Assembly: GCA_907165135.1 (NCBI GenBank) | Contig: OU015569.1 | Location: 124,001-188,000, forward strand | DNA length: 64,000 nt | Source: Oikopleura dioica | Lineage: Eukaryota; Animalia; Chordata | Direction: 5' to 3' | Part shown: positions 10,166-22,652 of the stretch, one piece after another | How the letters are laid out: every line of letters starts with the position of its first letter | Numbering within the stretch: position 1 is the first letter of the stretch | The notes under the pieces: generated by a model | The model's input: the letters and a program-made list of their open reading frames with translations, nothing else | Told to the model about the DNA's origin: nothing | Database searches by the model: none | Made by a program: the position numbers and the translations under genes

Positions 10166-13100
10166 TCAGCTGATGGGGAAGCGATCGAAGACGGAAAAGG
10201 ACCCGTCCGTCAGTTGGGATTCGTGGCGGACGAAGTTGTAGCCCGCTTTTGCATCATTGACTGGCAGGTTTTCTAGAGGGAGGAAGATAGGATTAGGGTA
10301 AGGAAGGGGAGGACGGACCTGTACATAGTCGACGGCTGAAAAGCTGTTTTCGAATCTCCACTTGGTGGCAGTGTACGTCGAGTTGCGCTCCGTCGAGTAC
10401 GGATTCTTCGCCGACTTGGACTTTTGCTCGTCGTGGGAGGACGGAACCTTGATCCACTTTTCCAGCGCTTCCGGGAGGGGCTCCCCGATGAACTCGTAAA
10501 TCTTTCGGGCGGTTTCCAGCGGCGCCAGGACATGTCTTCGTAGCGAATGGCGACGAAGTTGGCGGGTTTGGAGGAAGCAAAATCCAGCGCTTTTTCGTAA
10601 TATGTGCAGGTCATGTTGATCTGAAATTTTTTATCAAATGGATTATTAATGCAGTTTTGATGTAGGAATCGAGAAGCCGCTTGCGGCTTCGAACAAAAGA
10701 TGTAAAAGCCGCGCTACGCGCGGCTCAAGCTGTTTTTACTCGAAGCCGCAAGCGGCTTCTCGATTTTCATCAAATAATTTGCGGCTTTTGGACTCACGGA
10801 AGGTTTGAGAACGCGCGGGCCGACGAGTTTGCGCCTGGAGCCGTAGATGCCCCGCGGGTCGCGGAAGAAGAGGACGACCTTGAGCTCGGGCTGATCGTGC
10901 GCCAGTTGCGCGATGTGATCGATGTCGCACAATCGGATCACTAAGCAGCAGTTGAAATCGATCAACAAAGGGACAAGAAGGTTGCGGAAGACAAGGCTTA
11001 CGCCACTCACCTTTCTGCGCGATGATCTTCTTGCTGTGGCACATTTGGTTCATTAGCGAGGGATCCAGCGGGGTGCAACTGCAGCGCCCGTCTTTTTGCC
11101 CGATAATCTGAGCATAAATGTTATTCTCCGTTCTGTGGTTAAATTCAATAAGGGTCTCTCTATCATAATTATAAAAATTTCAAACTGACTATTTTTGCTG
11201 AAAATCGAGAAGCCGCTTGCGGCTACCAGTGGAAAAAGTAAAAAGCCGCGCGAAGCGCGGCTATAGTTTTTTTTATACTCGAAGCCGCAAGCGGCTTCTT
11301 GATTTTCAGCAAAAAATAGTCAGTTTGAAATTTTTATAATTATGATAGAGAGACCCTTATTGAATATAAATTTTTCATATGGTAGTACCTGTCGATGGTT
11401 TGTTTTTCCTGCGGAACTTTGCAGATTCCAGAGTCGCAGCTCCAGTTGTGGTTTTCCCTGAAGCAGAGATTCGTCCTGGCGCAACGGCCGTGCTCTGGCA
11501 TTTCCATCTCGATGGCGTCGCGCGGCAAGTCGTCAGTGCGCGACTTGACTTTGCCGCCGTGAATGATTCGGTTCTTGTCCAACTTGAGTTTCTTCGTCTG
11601 CTGATCGAGGACGGGCACGCTTTGGTAGAAACTCGGCGTGTCGCAGTCGAAGTAGCGATTGAGCAGCGAGAGCTTCTTTGTCGGATTCTTCGCGCAGCCG
11701 AGAGTCGAGTGTTCTCCTTGAATTCCGGCTAGCGGCTCGAAGAGGTAGAAAGTCTCCGGGTTTTGGTTGAACAGCTCGCCCAAGAATGTGCTTCCTAATT
11801 AAGAGAATTAGACGCTACTACTTCTCGCCGCAATTTTTCTATGCTCAGATTGATTTCGCGGGTTATTAGAGGAGGAGACTAAGACTAAACTCAAGAAACA
11901 AAAAGAAAAAGACAAATTTGAAATTTCTCATTTCAGATTTGGCCTTTAGCACCTTTAGACCTAGATTCGTCGATAAAATAAGTTAGAAATAATTAATTTT
12001 TGGAGAAATTCCGAAAATCACAGTTCAAAATCGAGAAGCCGCTACTTTTTGCGGCTTCGAGTAGAACGGAAGAAAAGCCGCGCTCCGCGCGGCTCAAGCT
12101 TTTACTCGAAGCCGCAAAAGTCGCGACTTCTCGATTTTGAACTGTGATTTTCGGAATTTCTCCAAAAATTTCACTTCCGGGGCCCATTTAGTCTCTTTAT
12201 TACACCTAATTTCCGGTTGGAAGTTCCGGTTCAAGGTCATTTGAGTTAATTAAAGGCGTGAAAAAGGGAAAGTCGAATTTCAGGCTGGCAATAATAATAA
12301 ATCGCTCAGAACTTTGAACTGAGAAAAAGGCGCTCCATTTTTCATTGTGCGCGAAAAAGTCAATTAGCCCCTGATTGCATTAATTAATTGTCGCGCAGCT
12401 TCTTCTCCTCTAATCAGCGACGGTAATTTTGATTTTAACGCGTACCTGAGCGGTGCGCCGTAATCAGCAGCACTTTGACAGGACCTTTTGAGCGCTGCTT
12501 TTGAGCATTTTCGCTTTTGACCTTCTCCGCGGATTACCAAGAGTCTTGTTGTTATTTAAACCGTCTTAGAGACCTTTCTTGGCGACGAGGAAGAGGATTG
12601 TAATCCGTTCCTGTTCAAATTCTTCCAGCACTTCCTTCCTCGGCTCCTCTTTTTGAGAAGAGTTCCTCCTCCTCGTGGATGCTGATTTTCGGGCTCCAAG
12701 AAAGAGGAAGGGCCACTCGAGAAATCACCCTCAATTGAGTAGTCGTGCACAATGTAGTCTAAATCAATTTTTATCTCTCTCCCGAAACGAGTCCCTCGTG
12801 GCTGCGAAATTCGTCCCAAAGCAGCTGCCAAAAATACCCCAATACTCAATTTACCATCCGCCCTTGACCCTCAAAAAAGAGATAGTTAATTTGGACTTGG
12901 CAACCTGTGTAAAAAGCCTGAGTCAGGGTCCTGATTGAGATTATTAGCTGGCACTGACTATGTGGCCTAATGTCGCCGAATGTCTCTCAATGTCGCCAAA
13001 TGTCGCTGACTGATCAGAACAAATGTCGACATTCGTCGACATTTCGCGACATTTGACGACATTGTGAGACATTAGGAGGCATAGTCAGTGCGTCCCTAAT

Positions 13101-13466
13101 GTTTTCGAAGCCGCTTGTCAGCTTTTTTATCTATTTGGTTAAAGAACCCTTACTCAGGTTTTGTACACTGATTGCCGAGTCCTTTGGCCCCAAGTACTTG
13201 ATTCTTGACAGTATTAGCAGATTGACAGAAAACCACTTGAATCGCAATGAATAATTAACGAGGAAAGAACCCGATAATATTAAATATTTGTAAAAGTACC
13301 CACATTATTCCACAAAAAAAGGATGAAAAATAATAAAAAATGAAAAAGCGGCATCTTTTTTCGGTAAATACTTACGTTTAATATCGACGACGTTTCTGTC
13401 GATTCTCAGAGTGACGATGACGAGGACGATGAGCGCGAGCAGCAGGAGCAAAACCTTCTCCTTCAT
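10166..13466 (-). CDS. Golgi carbohydrate sulfotransferase (CHST1-7 / GlcNAc-6-O-sulfotransferase-like)
   Basis: N-terminal anchor MKEKVLLLLLALIVLVIVTLR; 5'PSB VLLITAHRSG|STFLGELFNQNPETFYLFEPL; 3'PB LKVVLFFRDPRGIYGSR; IRYEDM; one apparent 1-nt frameshift near 10530. Confidence 0.9.
11143..11365. mobile_element. Palindromic element family B (AAATCGAGAAGCCGC core) with long locus-specific inverted flanks
   Basis: Core shared with 10667-10770, 11995-12170, 42740-42845, 33095-33150 and 63848-63998; outer arms of about 60 bp are near-perfect inverted repeats. Confidence 0.8.
12943..13100. mobile_element. Palindromic MITE nested in a family-A copy (12890-13182)
   Basis: GCACTGACTATG..CCTAATGTC ... 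GACATTAGG..CATAGTCAGTGC with internal AATGTCG repeats. Confidence 0.7.
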
Positions 13467-16029
13467 TTTTCTGATTGTCAGCTCATTCTTCGAAATCTAA
13501 GATTTTTTGAATGATTTGCTTTTCAAGCAAAGTTTAGCGCAAATTAGACTTAGATTGGGGCTTGTTCCGAATCAATTTGCATTAATTATACTTTTTCCTG
13601 GATTGATGCTGAATAACATGGGGATACCCTTATTTTAATTCATCAAAAGAAAGTTGAAACTCTTATCTACAAGGTAGCTGAGCTCAAAACCTGTGTAAAA
13701 ATCCTGAGTCAGGATTTAATTTACGAAGATTTGTGGTTTATTCTCTAGTTTTTCAAATCCTGACTCAGGTTTTTTTCACTTTTTTCGAAATTAATTTAAT
13801 TCAAAAAGTACCGTATTCTTTCTCTCTCTCTTCAATTTGAGATTTCTGTATCTTATCATCAAATTTTGAATTTCCGGTCTCATCTTCAGGAATATCAAAA
13901 AATTTTAAATATTCTTAAATTGAGGAAAGGCAAAGGCCAAACTGATTTGTTCTCACGAAAATTATTTTAGTCCGGAAAAATGTTAAACATAAAAACAGCT
14001 TCGCGCAAATTGTCTTGTCGAAAAAGCAGCCAGCTGGGTTTCTTGACTATTTCCAGTAGATCTGCGCTCAGTAGCCTGCGTAGGAAACCTGAGTCAGGCT
14101 GACTATCAAATTTAAAGATCAAAATTCCCTGACTCAGGTTTTCCAGTCAGTTTTTAAACAGATTTTTAAAAGATTTGAATGGTTTTCTTCGGGTAGCCGC
14201 TTCGCGGCTTCGTTTTAAAAGCCGCTACGCGGCTTTTCATTCATGCTCTCTTAAACCCTGACTCAGATTTTCCAAACAGGCTGCCGAACCCAGTTTATAA
14301 GTAAAAAATCATTACCCTTGAAAATTCAGTCGAAATTCAACTTCTGCTTCTGTTTCTCTCAAAAAAGAACCCTAGACATGAGTAGTAGTCTTCAGTGTTG
14401 GCGATAGTGAATCTCGCTAAAGGTCGAGATTTTTGAAAATTTGTCAAGTGGCCTCGACAGAAAGAAGAGAGCGAGCGCGAGAAAGGGAAGATAGTAGTGC
14501 GCTCCTCGAGCGCCGCGCTGATCAATTTGACACACACACAACGTTTGTGGCTTAGTGAGGATAAACAACTGATCACAATATGCCACATCCCGGTGGTTTT
14601 GCCCACTTTGCCGGCAATCCGATTTTTAAATCAATTTTGGATTTTGCGATTTTGAAAGAAAAAATGAAATACTTATTTTCGCGCGTTTTACATGAGCTTT
14701 TATCAATTATTCTCCAAGGCGAAGGTTCCTGAAAACCTGAGTCAGGGTTAGAAAGACTCTAATGAAAAGCCGACTAGCGGCTATTTTAAGAATGAAGCCG
14801 CAAAGCATTTTAGCGCTAGAATTTAAAAATGAGACTGCGAAATCTATTTCACACCCTGAGTCAGGGTCCCTGACTCAGGTTTTCTACACAGGCTAGTTTA
14901 AATAGACTTTAGTACCTTGAGTGGGTAGTTGAGAATTTTCGCTTCGTAATTTAAAATCTCTCCTTTTCTATTACAGTCCCTCTTCTGTAAAACTAACTGT
15001 TACTCAAATGACAGTAACAGTAATGTAGAAATAGAAACCAAAAAGAGAGGAAGGAAAAAACGAAAGAATAGTAACTGAAGAGCCAAAAATCTATGCATGG
15101 TTTTGTCGTTGCGAATCAAAAATTAATCCCTTCTTAGCATTACCCACCATAGGAGAGTTAATTTTCCGCCCATTTGGTGGCTTCCCTCTGTACCCAGCTC
15201 TTGTTCAAAAACACCTTTACCTTTTTACGAAAATCAAATTTTCGCTTTCCATCTTTTTTCCTCTTTTTTTATATTTTTGATCAAAATTGACAAAAATCTC
15301 CAAAAAAGCTGGAAATTTTTAAAAATTTTGATTAAAATTTTTTTGGTTTTTTGAGATTTTTTTCTGAGAATTTTTCCTTTTAAAAATGAGGACGAGCTAC
15401 TAAATGTGCGCTGAGGTGATATTTTGGCTAGTGGTGATACTATTTTGCGGTGGACGTGAAAACCTCGAGTGAGTTGTTATTTTAGGCCGAGATTAACTTA
15501 TGTGGCTAACTCACGTTCAATAGACTTACTGTTTACTCAGTTAGGCACTTCTATACAGGCATATAAATTCGCTTGGCGATTTTCGCCGAAAGCGAAAGCG
15601 AAGCGAAAGCGAATCGAAAATTTCGCTTTCGCCCCCGAAAATGACACTTCTGATGTTCGCTTCGCTTTCGCTTTTTGTCCCCGATTTTCGCCAAAATTCG
15701 CTTTCGCCGAGGCCTCGCTTTCGCCAAATTTTCGCTTCTGGCAAATCTTCGCCAAAATTTCGCTTTCGCCAAGGCCTCGCTTTCGCCAGAAGTTTGCTTT
15801 CGCCAAAATTTCGCCAAATTCTCGCTTTCGCCAAGAGTTCTCTTTCGCCAATATTTGGCCGAATCTTACTTTTTCTCTTTCAAAGCGGTATAAATAGGGG
15901 GAATCACTTATAATTGAGCTCTTTTTCTAGCTTAGTAGGGTTTAATACAGTTTTAGAACACCTAGAAGCTGGGGATCATTTGGCTACTGATAGGTGGGGG
16001 TGATCTGAGGGCATTTAGGTACTTCGAAG

Positions 16030-16419
16030 CTGGTTTCGGCAAGCCACCAAGCGATGGTTGGTCACCAACCGTTGGTGGAGGTGGTTGGGTTGACAAGAAA
16101 ATCAAATTTTCACTGGTGGTGGTGGGTGAATGGTGGGTGGGTGGTGGATTTTTTCGTAAGCGTTTTTGACCCCAAAATTTATAGAATAAGAGTTGATTAC
16201 ACCGATTCTTCGGTCATTTTGAACCAACAGAAGGAAAACGAAGTAGAGGTAAGTCATTTTAGATAGAGAACTGATCTCCAAAAAGTTTGGCCGAAAAATC
16301 TTTCCCACCACTTCCTACCATTTCAGATTTTTGAGACTTGAGGTGGTGGGTGGGTTGCCCACCACCATTCACCCACCATCCACCCACCCACCATTTCCAC
16401 CATTTTTTACCAACCCCAG
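16030..16419. mobile_element. GGTGG/CCACC-rich hAT-like MITE nested in the 1.94-kb element
   Basis: CTGGTTTCGGCAA ... TTACCAACCCCAG; flanks CTTCGAAG/CTCTGAAG (6/8). Confidence 0.7.
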
Positions 16420-16507
16420 CTCTGAAGTCCCAAAATCTGGCCAACTTCGGAAATGGGAATTTTTGAAGGCTAAGACTTTTATGGGGTTCCCACCTATACT
16501 GATTTTA

Positions 16508-16939
16508 GCCCAGGCTCTGGCTGTTATTTGAGCTCTAGAAAAGTATGGAGGGGATGGGGTATCTTGGGAGCTAGGGGCTCTTGAAGTCGGAGAACTCGGC
16601 GAAAATTGAGTACTTTTTCCAAAAGTCTTTTGTCGATTTTAATTCATTTCAAAATGTTGAAGTTGGCATTTTGGGTCATGTGAGGTCAGGTCGGGTCACT
16701 TATTAGAGTTTTCTGAATTTTCAATTATTCTTGACCTAGAGTGACCTCAGTTGACCCCAAACGACATCTTAAACACTTATGAATGAATAAACGTCGATTA
16801 AAAGAATTCAAATCGTCTACTTTTGGGAAAAAGTACTCAATGTTGGTCGAGTTCCCTAACTTGAAGAGCCTCTAGCTCCCCAGATACCCCACCCCTGCCC
16901 TACTTTTCTAGAGCTCAAAATGACTGCCAGAGCCTGGGC
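16508..16939. mobile_element. Long foldback palindrome nested in the 1.94-kb element
   Basis: GCCCAGGCTCTGGC..TTTGAGCTCTAGAAAAGTA ... TACTTTTCTAGAGCTCAAA..GCCAGAGCCTGGGC; imperfect arms of about 200 bp. Confidence 0.8.
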
Positions 16940-17569
16940 CATCAAAATTCTCGGTTTTAGAAAGCCCAGAAGCTTTCATTTGGACGGGTATCCCATATCA
17001 AGGGGTCAAGGCATTCATAGGACCGGAAGTTCCGAAGTCGGAACTAGATCTCTTCAATCGAATTTTTGAGTGGCGGGAAACGGCTCAAATGAAAGCTCAG
17101 CTTCTTGGTGTTCCAAAACTGTGTCATAATTATTATATTAAATATGAAAAATGGGTCGAAGTTTCATCTTATTAGATCGCGTTTTATTCAAATTTCTTTC
17201 AATATCTTTCAATTTCGGCGAAATTTCGCTTTCGGCGAATTTTCGCTTTTGGCGAACTTTCGCTTTCGGCGAATTTTCGCTTTTGGCGAATTTTCACTCT
17301 TGGCGAATTTTCAGTCTTGGCGAATTTTCGCTTTTGGCGAATTTTTCGCTTTTGGCGAATTTTTCGCTTGGCGAATTCGCTTTCGCTTCGCTGTGCAAGA
17401 TAAGCGTTCGCTTCGCTTTCGCTTCGCTTTTTGGCTGGAAAAATTTTTCGCTTTCGCTTCGCGTTCGCTTTGGGTTTTCGAACGAAATTTATATGCCTGC
17501 TTCTATACTTCCACACTTGGAGTTCGAAATTTTCTTACTTTTTCATTTTCAATCTTGGTTACTAATGTC

Positions 17570-17787
17570 CTGGGCTCGGCAACCTGTGGAAAATCCTGAG
17601 TCAGGGTTCTGAAAGAGCGGCTTTTCCAAAATTACCATATTATATGGTAATATTATATATAAAATGGGTCATATTATATATTGAATATGATTCATATCAT
17701 ATATATAATATTACCATATTATTTTGGAAAAGCCGCTCTTTCAGAACCCTGACTCAGGACCTTTTCTACACAGGTTGCCGAGCCCAG
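17570..17787. mobile_element. MITE family A copy with AT-rich palindromic core
   Basis: Full TIRs; flanks CTAATGTC/CTTATATC (6/8). Confidence 0.85.
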
Positions 17788-18159
17788 CTTATATCTCTTT
17801 TTATTAAAAATATTCATATTTCCGCTACATTTCTCTTCTTTTTCTACTGTTTTTGTTTTGTTTTTTATTCATAATAATCATTTCTTTTGTTTCCTCTACA
17901 AAATTTTACGATCGCGTGGGCCTTTCTCTTTTTGTCAATTTTCTTACCGGAGAAATTTTTGATTTTTTGGAAATTTTCCTTTCAAGGCTATTTTTGGAAA
18001 AAGAAGTTTGGCGGTTTCTGGTCATTGTATTTTTTCCTTCAATTTTGAATTATTAATTCAGGGTCAATACAAGAGCATAAGAAATGATCTCTTAAAAAAA
18101 GAAGACAAGAAAGGAAACAGATTTGTTCTTGGTTTTTGCATTTATTTATATTTTTATTT

Positions 18160-21100
18160 TCAAAGATTGAATTGAGGTAGAATGGATCTCGTGTAAGTTC
18201 GTACTGCATATTGCCCTAGGTTTTTCGTTCTCAGATGCTTTTTTGCAAATTGCGGCGTTTTTTCGGACAGAGCTTTTTCTTTCTAAAAGTAATATAAATT
18301 CAATTTCTTTTGGAGCTGGGCTCGGCGACCTGTGTGAAAAACCTGAGTCAGGGTCTGAGTCAGGGACTTGAGCAGAAAACCTGAGTCAGGGTCTGAAAGA
18401 GCTTTCATTACTCTTTCCGGACTCTGACTCAGGCTTTCTACACAGGTTGCTGAGCCCAGTTTTTCAACTTACAGAGGCTGTAAATTCAAGGCCAGGCATC
18501 GTAGCTGTCCTGCCGCGAAGTAATTTGGCGGAAGAGCGTTTTTTCGTAGACGGGAGGGACCAGCGCGATGCCGAATTTGGCGCGCTCGCCGAATCGGAAC
18601 GAGTCGAAGCTTTCTGAAACGGGTTGGAATCAAGGAAGAGGAAATGGCGGACTTACGTGTTTGGTTGGTCATTGTGTTGAATTGTTCTATGGTGAGGCGG
18701 CCGCTGCTTCTGGCTGACTGGGCAGCGCTTATCATCCAGATTCGCGGCCCGATTGAAAGAGCGGCTGAAAATATGAGAAATGAATATTGAATTAAATTAC
18801 CTAAAAATTCATTTCTGGGTTTTATCAAAGCCAAGTGAATCCATGAATTACGCTCGGCCAGCGGCGAGTATTTGTAAGCAGACTTGGCGAAGACGTAAAT
18901 TGAGTCGTCCAAAGTCAAGGCGATCGCCTTCAAATATATTAAAAAGAAAGGGCGAGTAGTTATTACCTCTCTGACGCGCTCGGGCAAGTTGGCGGCCTTC
19001 TCCCAGCGGCTGGTGGGGGAGGAGGCGGCGTCGAGGAAGCGCACAGTGCTCCAGTCGCGATGGTTGTATCGCCCGCCGATGATGAAGATCGAGTTCGTTT
19101 TCGGAAAGGCGGCGATGGCGTGGTTGATGATCGGATCGGGCATGCTCACTTCGTCCCTCCAGCCGTCTTTGAAGCTGAACGAGTGGCAGCTAGAAACTGG
19201 CCGCCCTGCGCGCGCCTTTTCCATGTGCTCCTCGCCGCCGCAGATCCAAGCGCGCCCGCTCAAAACTGTACATGAACCGTGCGCCCTTTTGATGCCTCCG
19301 AAAGGATGCTTCTCCCATCGCAAATTCGCCGGGTTCAGCACTAGCAGATCTCCTTCCCAAAGACTGCCCGCGTTTCTCCCGCCAAAGATGATCAGCTTGT
19401 TGTCAAGCGTGAGCATACAGTGTCCGAATCGACTACTGTCTGTCCAACTGTACTTGCTCTCGCCCTGCTGGCATTCAGCTTTGCCAGTGTGGTCGGTAGT
19501 CAAACGCATGCTCTTCAACGCGTCTTTTACCGACTCAATCGGCCTGGAAAATGATAAGGGAGGAAAGATAGGGAAGGGAGCTTACCTAGAAGCAGCGGAG
19601 CAAATATCCTCATCCTGGACGGTGAGAAAAAAGGCGTCAAAAGAGAGTCCTGAAGGACTATGCCTCCGTCTATCATGCCTCCTGTTATCATCAAATGACA
19701 GGTAGCCGGGTTCGTTGGTTTTTCACACGGCTCGTTTTCTATCCTTTCAGTTGGTCTCGGCCCGGCTGATGCGCAAGTTTCATCGGAGACCGCTCGTCCC
19801 TAGAAAATGAATGAGAGGCTACCAAGAAGGGGGGAAGTTCTAAGAATCTACCTTACCTTGTAGACGCACTGCGGATAAATGCGCGTCCTAAGAGTAGAAC
19901 TGCACTGGCAATCGCTCCAAGCAGACCAAGCCCAACTCGACTCGCAAGGATTGGTATTGCAGCTTTCCCTTTGCTCCGCGATTTCGTAGCACAAGTCGAT
20001 CGGCTCGCACTGTTTGCTCCGCGTCCGCAGCCCTCCGCCGCACTGTTTCGAGCACTTGCTCCACTCGCTCCAGTCGCCACTCACTTGGGGACACATTTTC
20101 ACCCGGCAGTACTTGGACTCGTGCGAGAGTCCTTCGCAGCTGCGCTCGTTCGAGTAGCTTTCGCACATGCGCACTCGATGCTTTTTCGCGTCGCCACAGG
20201 ACTGGTCGCATTCGGACCACTCTGACCAAGTCGACCAGTTGGTCAAGAACTCGTCCAGGAACTTGTTGAAGCGGGATACTTTGATGAACATTTCTGGTCC
20301 TTCGCCGCAGTTGGATTCGCTGGTCGAGCTGCGGCGCGAGGCCAGACCGGCCAGGACGAAGCGGGCTTCTCCGTTTGACCAGCGCCAGGGAGCGATTAGT
20401 GAGCTCGTGTGGCTTCCTGGAAGGGATGAAAGGGTTGGAAGGGGGTTTGAAGCTTTTCCTACCTTTGCAAAGCTCTTTCTTTTTGGCAGTGACGCAATAG
20501 AGCTTCCCGCTCTCGGCAGTAACAATTTGGGAAAAGTCAAACTGCGCCTGTTCATCATCGAAGTAGTCTTCCTTCTTCCTGCTCGCTCCGAACTTCCGGC
20601 ACTCCGAAGGCGACGTCACTCGCAAAAGCGAAAACTGCAGTTTTTCATCCTTATCCGGGGATTTTCTGTTGACTTCGTAGCCAGAGATGAGCGCGTGGGC
20701 AGAAGTCTCCAGCTCGAAGGTCTCTGCGCCGAGGCAAATTGGGTGGACGAGGCTGGAGAGCCGGAACGGGCTGGATTGACTTTGATCCAATTTGATTATT
20801 GCGATGTTGTGCGACGGGGTCATCCAAAGAGGGTGGAAGATTACATCCTTTTTTCGGCGGTTATTTTTTTTTGAAATCAAGGAAGAGAACCAAAAAACTG
20901 AACCGTTTCCTGAGCCGTAGCTTGTGCTTTTTGAACCCTTTCATTTCTCGAGCTCTCTTCGGGGGCGCCGATGTCGTTGGTATGTTCCAGCCCGACGTAA
21001 ATGGAGATGAAGTCGTTTTCGGTGAGAAAAGTGTCGACTTCCTCTGTTGACGTGTTGTATCGCTTGAAGCAGTGCGCCGATGTTATTACTACAGAGGACG

Positions 21101-22652
21101 AAAGCAACACTCCGAAGCATGTCCTAAAGCTGGTCAAAAAAAAAAGCTGGCTTGAGAGCTGTTCTACCTGGTTTTAATGGAGGAATCTCTGGAAGCTCGA
21201 CTTTTCGTCGTGATTTTCGTGATTTCAATATGGACATGCCAGGGCGAATATTTGTGCGATTCCTTTTTGTTGATTTCTTTAAAATATTTTGAGCTGATTT
21301 TTGAGCTTTTTTTGAGCCCCTTACTTTTGATGATTTTCTCGATTCTCTTCGTCTGCGCATCTTTGGGTCGTCGACTGTGTTTCGAGAGAACTCCGCCTCT
21401 GAGAAGCCGGTTGCGATGTCTCGATTGTTCTTGGCGGGTCGGTGGCCGGCGAAGTTTGGAAGTACGTGAGCCGCCTAAAAATAGACCTGAAAAGGCTCAT
21501 TTCATCACTTACGTAAGGTACTACTACTAACTACAGTAGGACAGACCTTGACTGTAAATCGCCTGGCTAGGTCGGTAAGACGGCTGCTTGCGAAGTGCTG
21601 GCGTTTCAAATCCGGTGAATTGTAAAATCAGATCCTACACAGGATTTTACACAGGTGGTACCGAGCCCAACTCCTTACCCTGTCATTGAGCGCTCCCATG
21701 AAGATGGAATCGAAGCGCCTGTCGAGTCCCTCGATGTGCTCGTTCCGCTCAGATCCGAGAATGCGCCCCCTGTTCAAAGTAATCAGCTCGTCGTCGAGCT
21801 TGAAATCGCCGCGGAGCATGCCGCAGTTGTTCGCCAAGTTGAAGTACTTCGGCTCCTGAAATTGAAATCGACCATAAAATCGGGAATCGCTACATTATCT
21901 CTAATTGGAAGCGGGAAGAGGGGAATCGAGGGTGGTCTCATTTCGATAGGTTTAAACGTTTCAACGCTTCTCTCGCTTTTACCTGGCTAGCATCATCGAT
22001 CAGCGAAGAGACGACGCGGTTTTCCGAATTTCGACTTTCAAAGTCGCTCAAAGCAGCGGCGCTACTTTCGCCACTTTCGACCGGCTTCGCTAGAATCGGA
22101 AAAGCGGAGCACTGTTCGATGCAGCAGCTGTACCGGTCTTGGCAGCTCTTCGTTTCAGCAAATGTAACAACACAAAGCTAAACATTCAAATTCAATTCAA
22201 ATTCAATTCAACAATCAAAAAATACCGGGCTGAAAAACCTGTGTAAAAGCCTGAGTCAGGGTTAGAAAATTCATCTTTATTGTTAATCCTGACTCAGGAC
22301 CCTGACTCAGGCGTCTGAACAGGTTTATGAGTCAGGATTAACAATCTCGATGAATTTTCGAACTCTGACTCAGGTTTTCACACAGGTTTTCGAGCTCAGC
22401 CTTGAATACAGTACCTTTAGCAGTAGAAACACAGTCTCTCTGATCATGTGTGTCTCGCTATTATTTTGTTTTTGCTGTTATCTGCTTTCGGTTCTGCTCC
22501 GACTCGTACAACTTTTTGTCATTCGGGCGAAATAGGGATCCTGCTCGTTTCTTGAAATAAATTACAGCAAGGTCTGGGTCGACTTGGATCGCAGTTGCTC
22601 TTCTTCCGCTAGCGACACAGTCTGAACGAGATTTATTTGCGATCACGTTCAA
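18160..22652 (-). CDS. Mosaic protein: inactive trypsin-like (S1) domain + 3 TSP1 repeats + Kelch repeats; N-terminus uncertain
   Basis: NCG..RILGS, SPWHVHI, CFGVLLSSSVVITSAHCF, HNIAIIKL, VHPICL; GDSGG replaced by GSHTSS; WSTWSEWSECDQSCG, GDWSEWSKCSKQCGGG, WAWSAWSDC; Kelch LIIFGG, AWICGG, IFIIGG. Confidence 0.8.

Larger units (their letters stand above)
15556..17499. mobile_element. 1.94-kb non-autonomous hAT-like element with nested MITEs, 8-bp TSD CTTCTATA
   Basis: CTTCTATA|CAGGCATATAAATTCG ... CGAAATTTATATGCCTG|CTTCTATA; about 300 bp of TTTCGC/TTCGCC subterminal repeats at both ends; no transposase ORF. Confidence 0.9.

Noticed and set aside
15469-15913. Six overlapping ORFs (also 17105-17612)
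   Set aside because: Artefacts of stop-poor TTTCGC subterminal repeats of the hAT-like element.
18989-20874. Long plus-strand ORFs (238 and 235 aa)
   Set aside because: Antisense shadows of the Kelch and protease exons.
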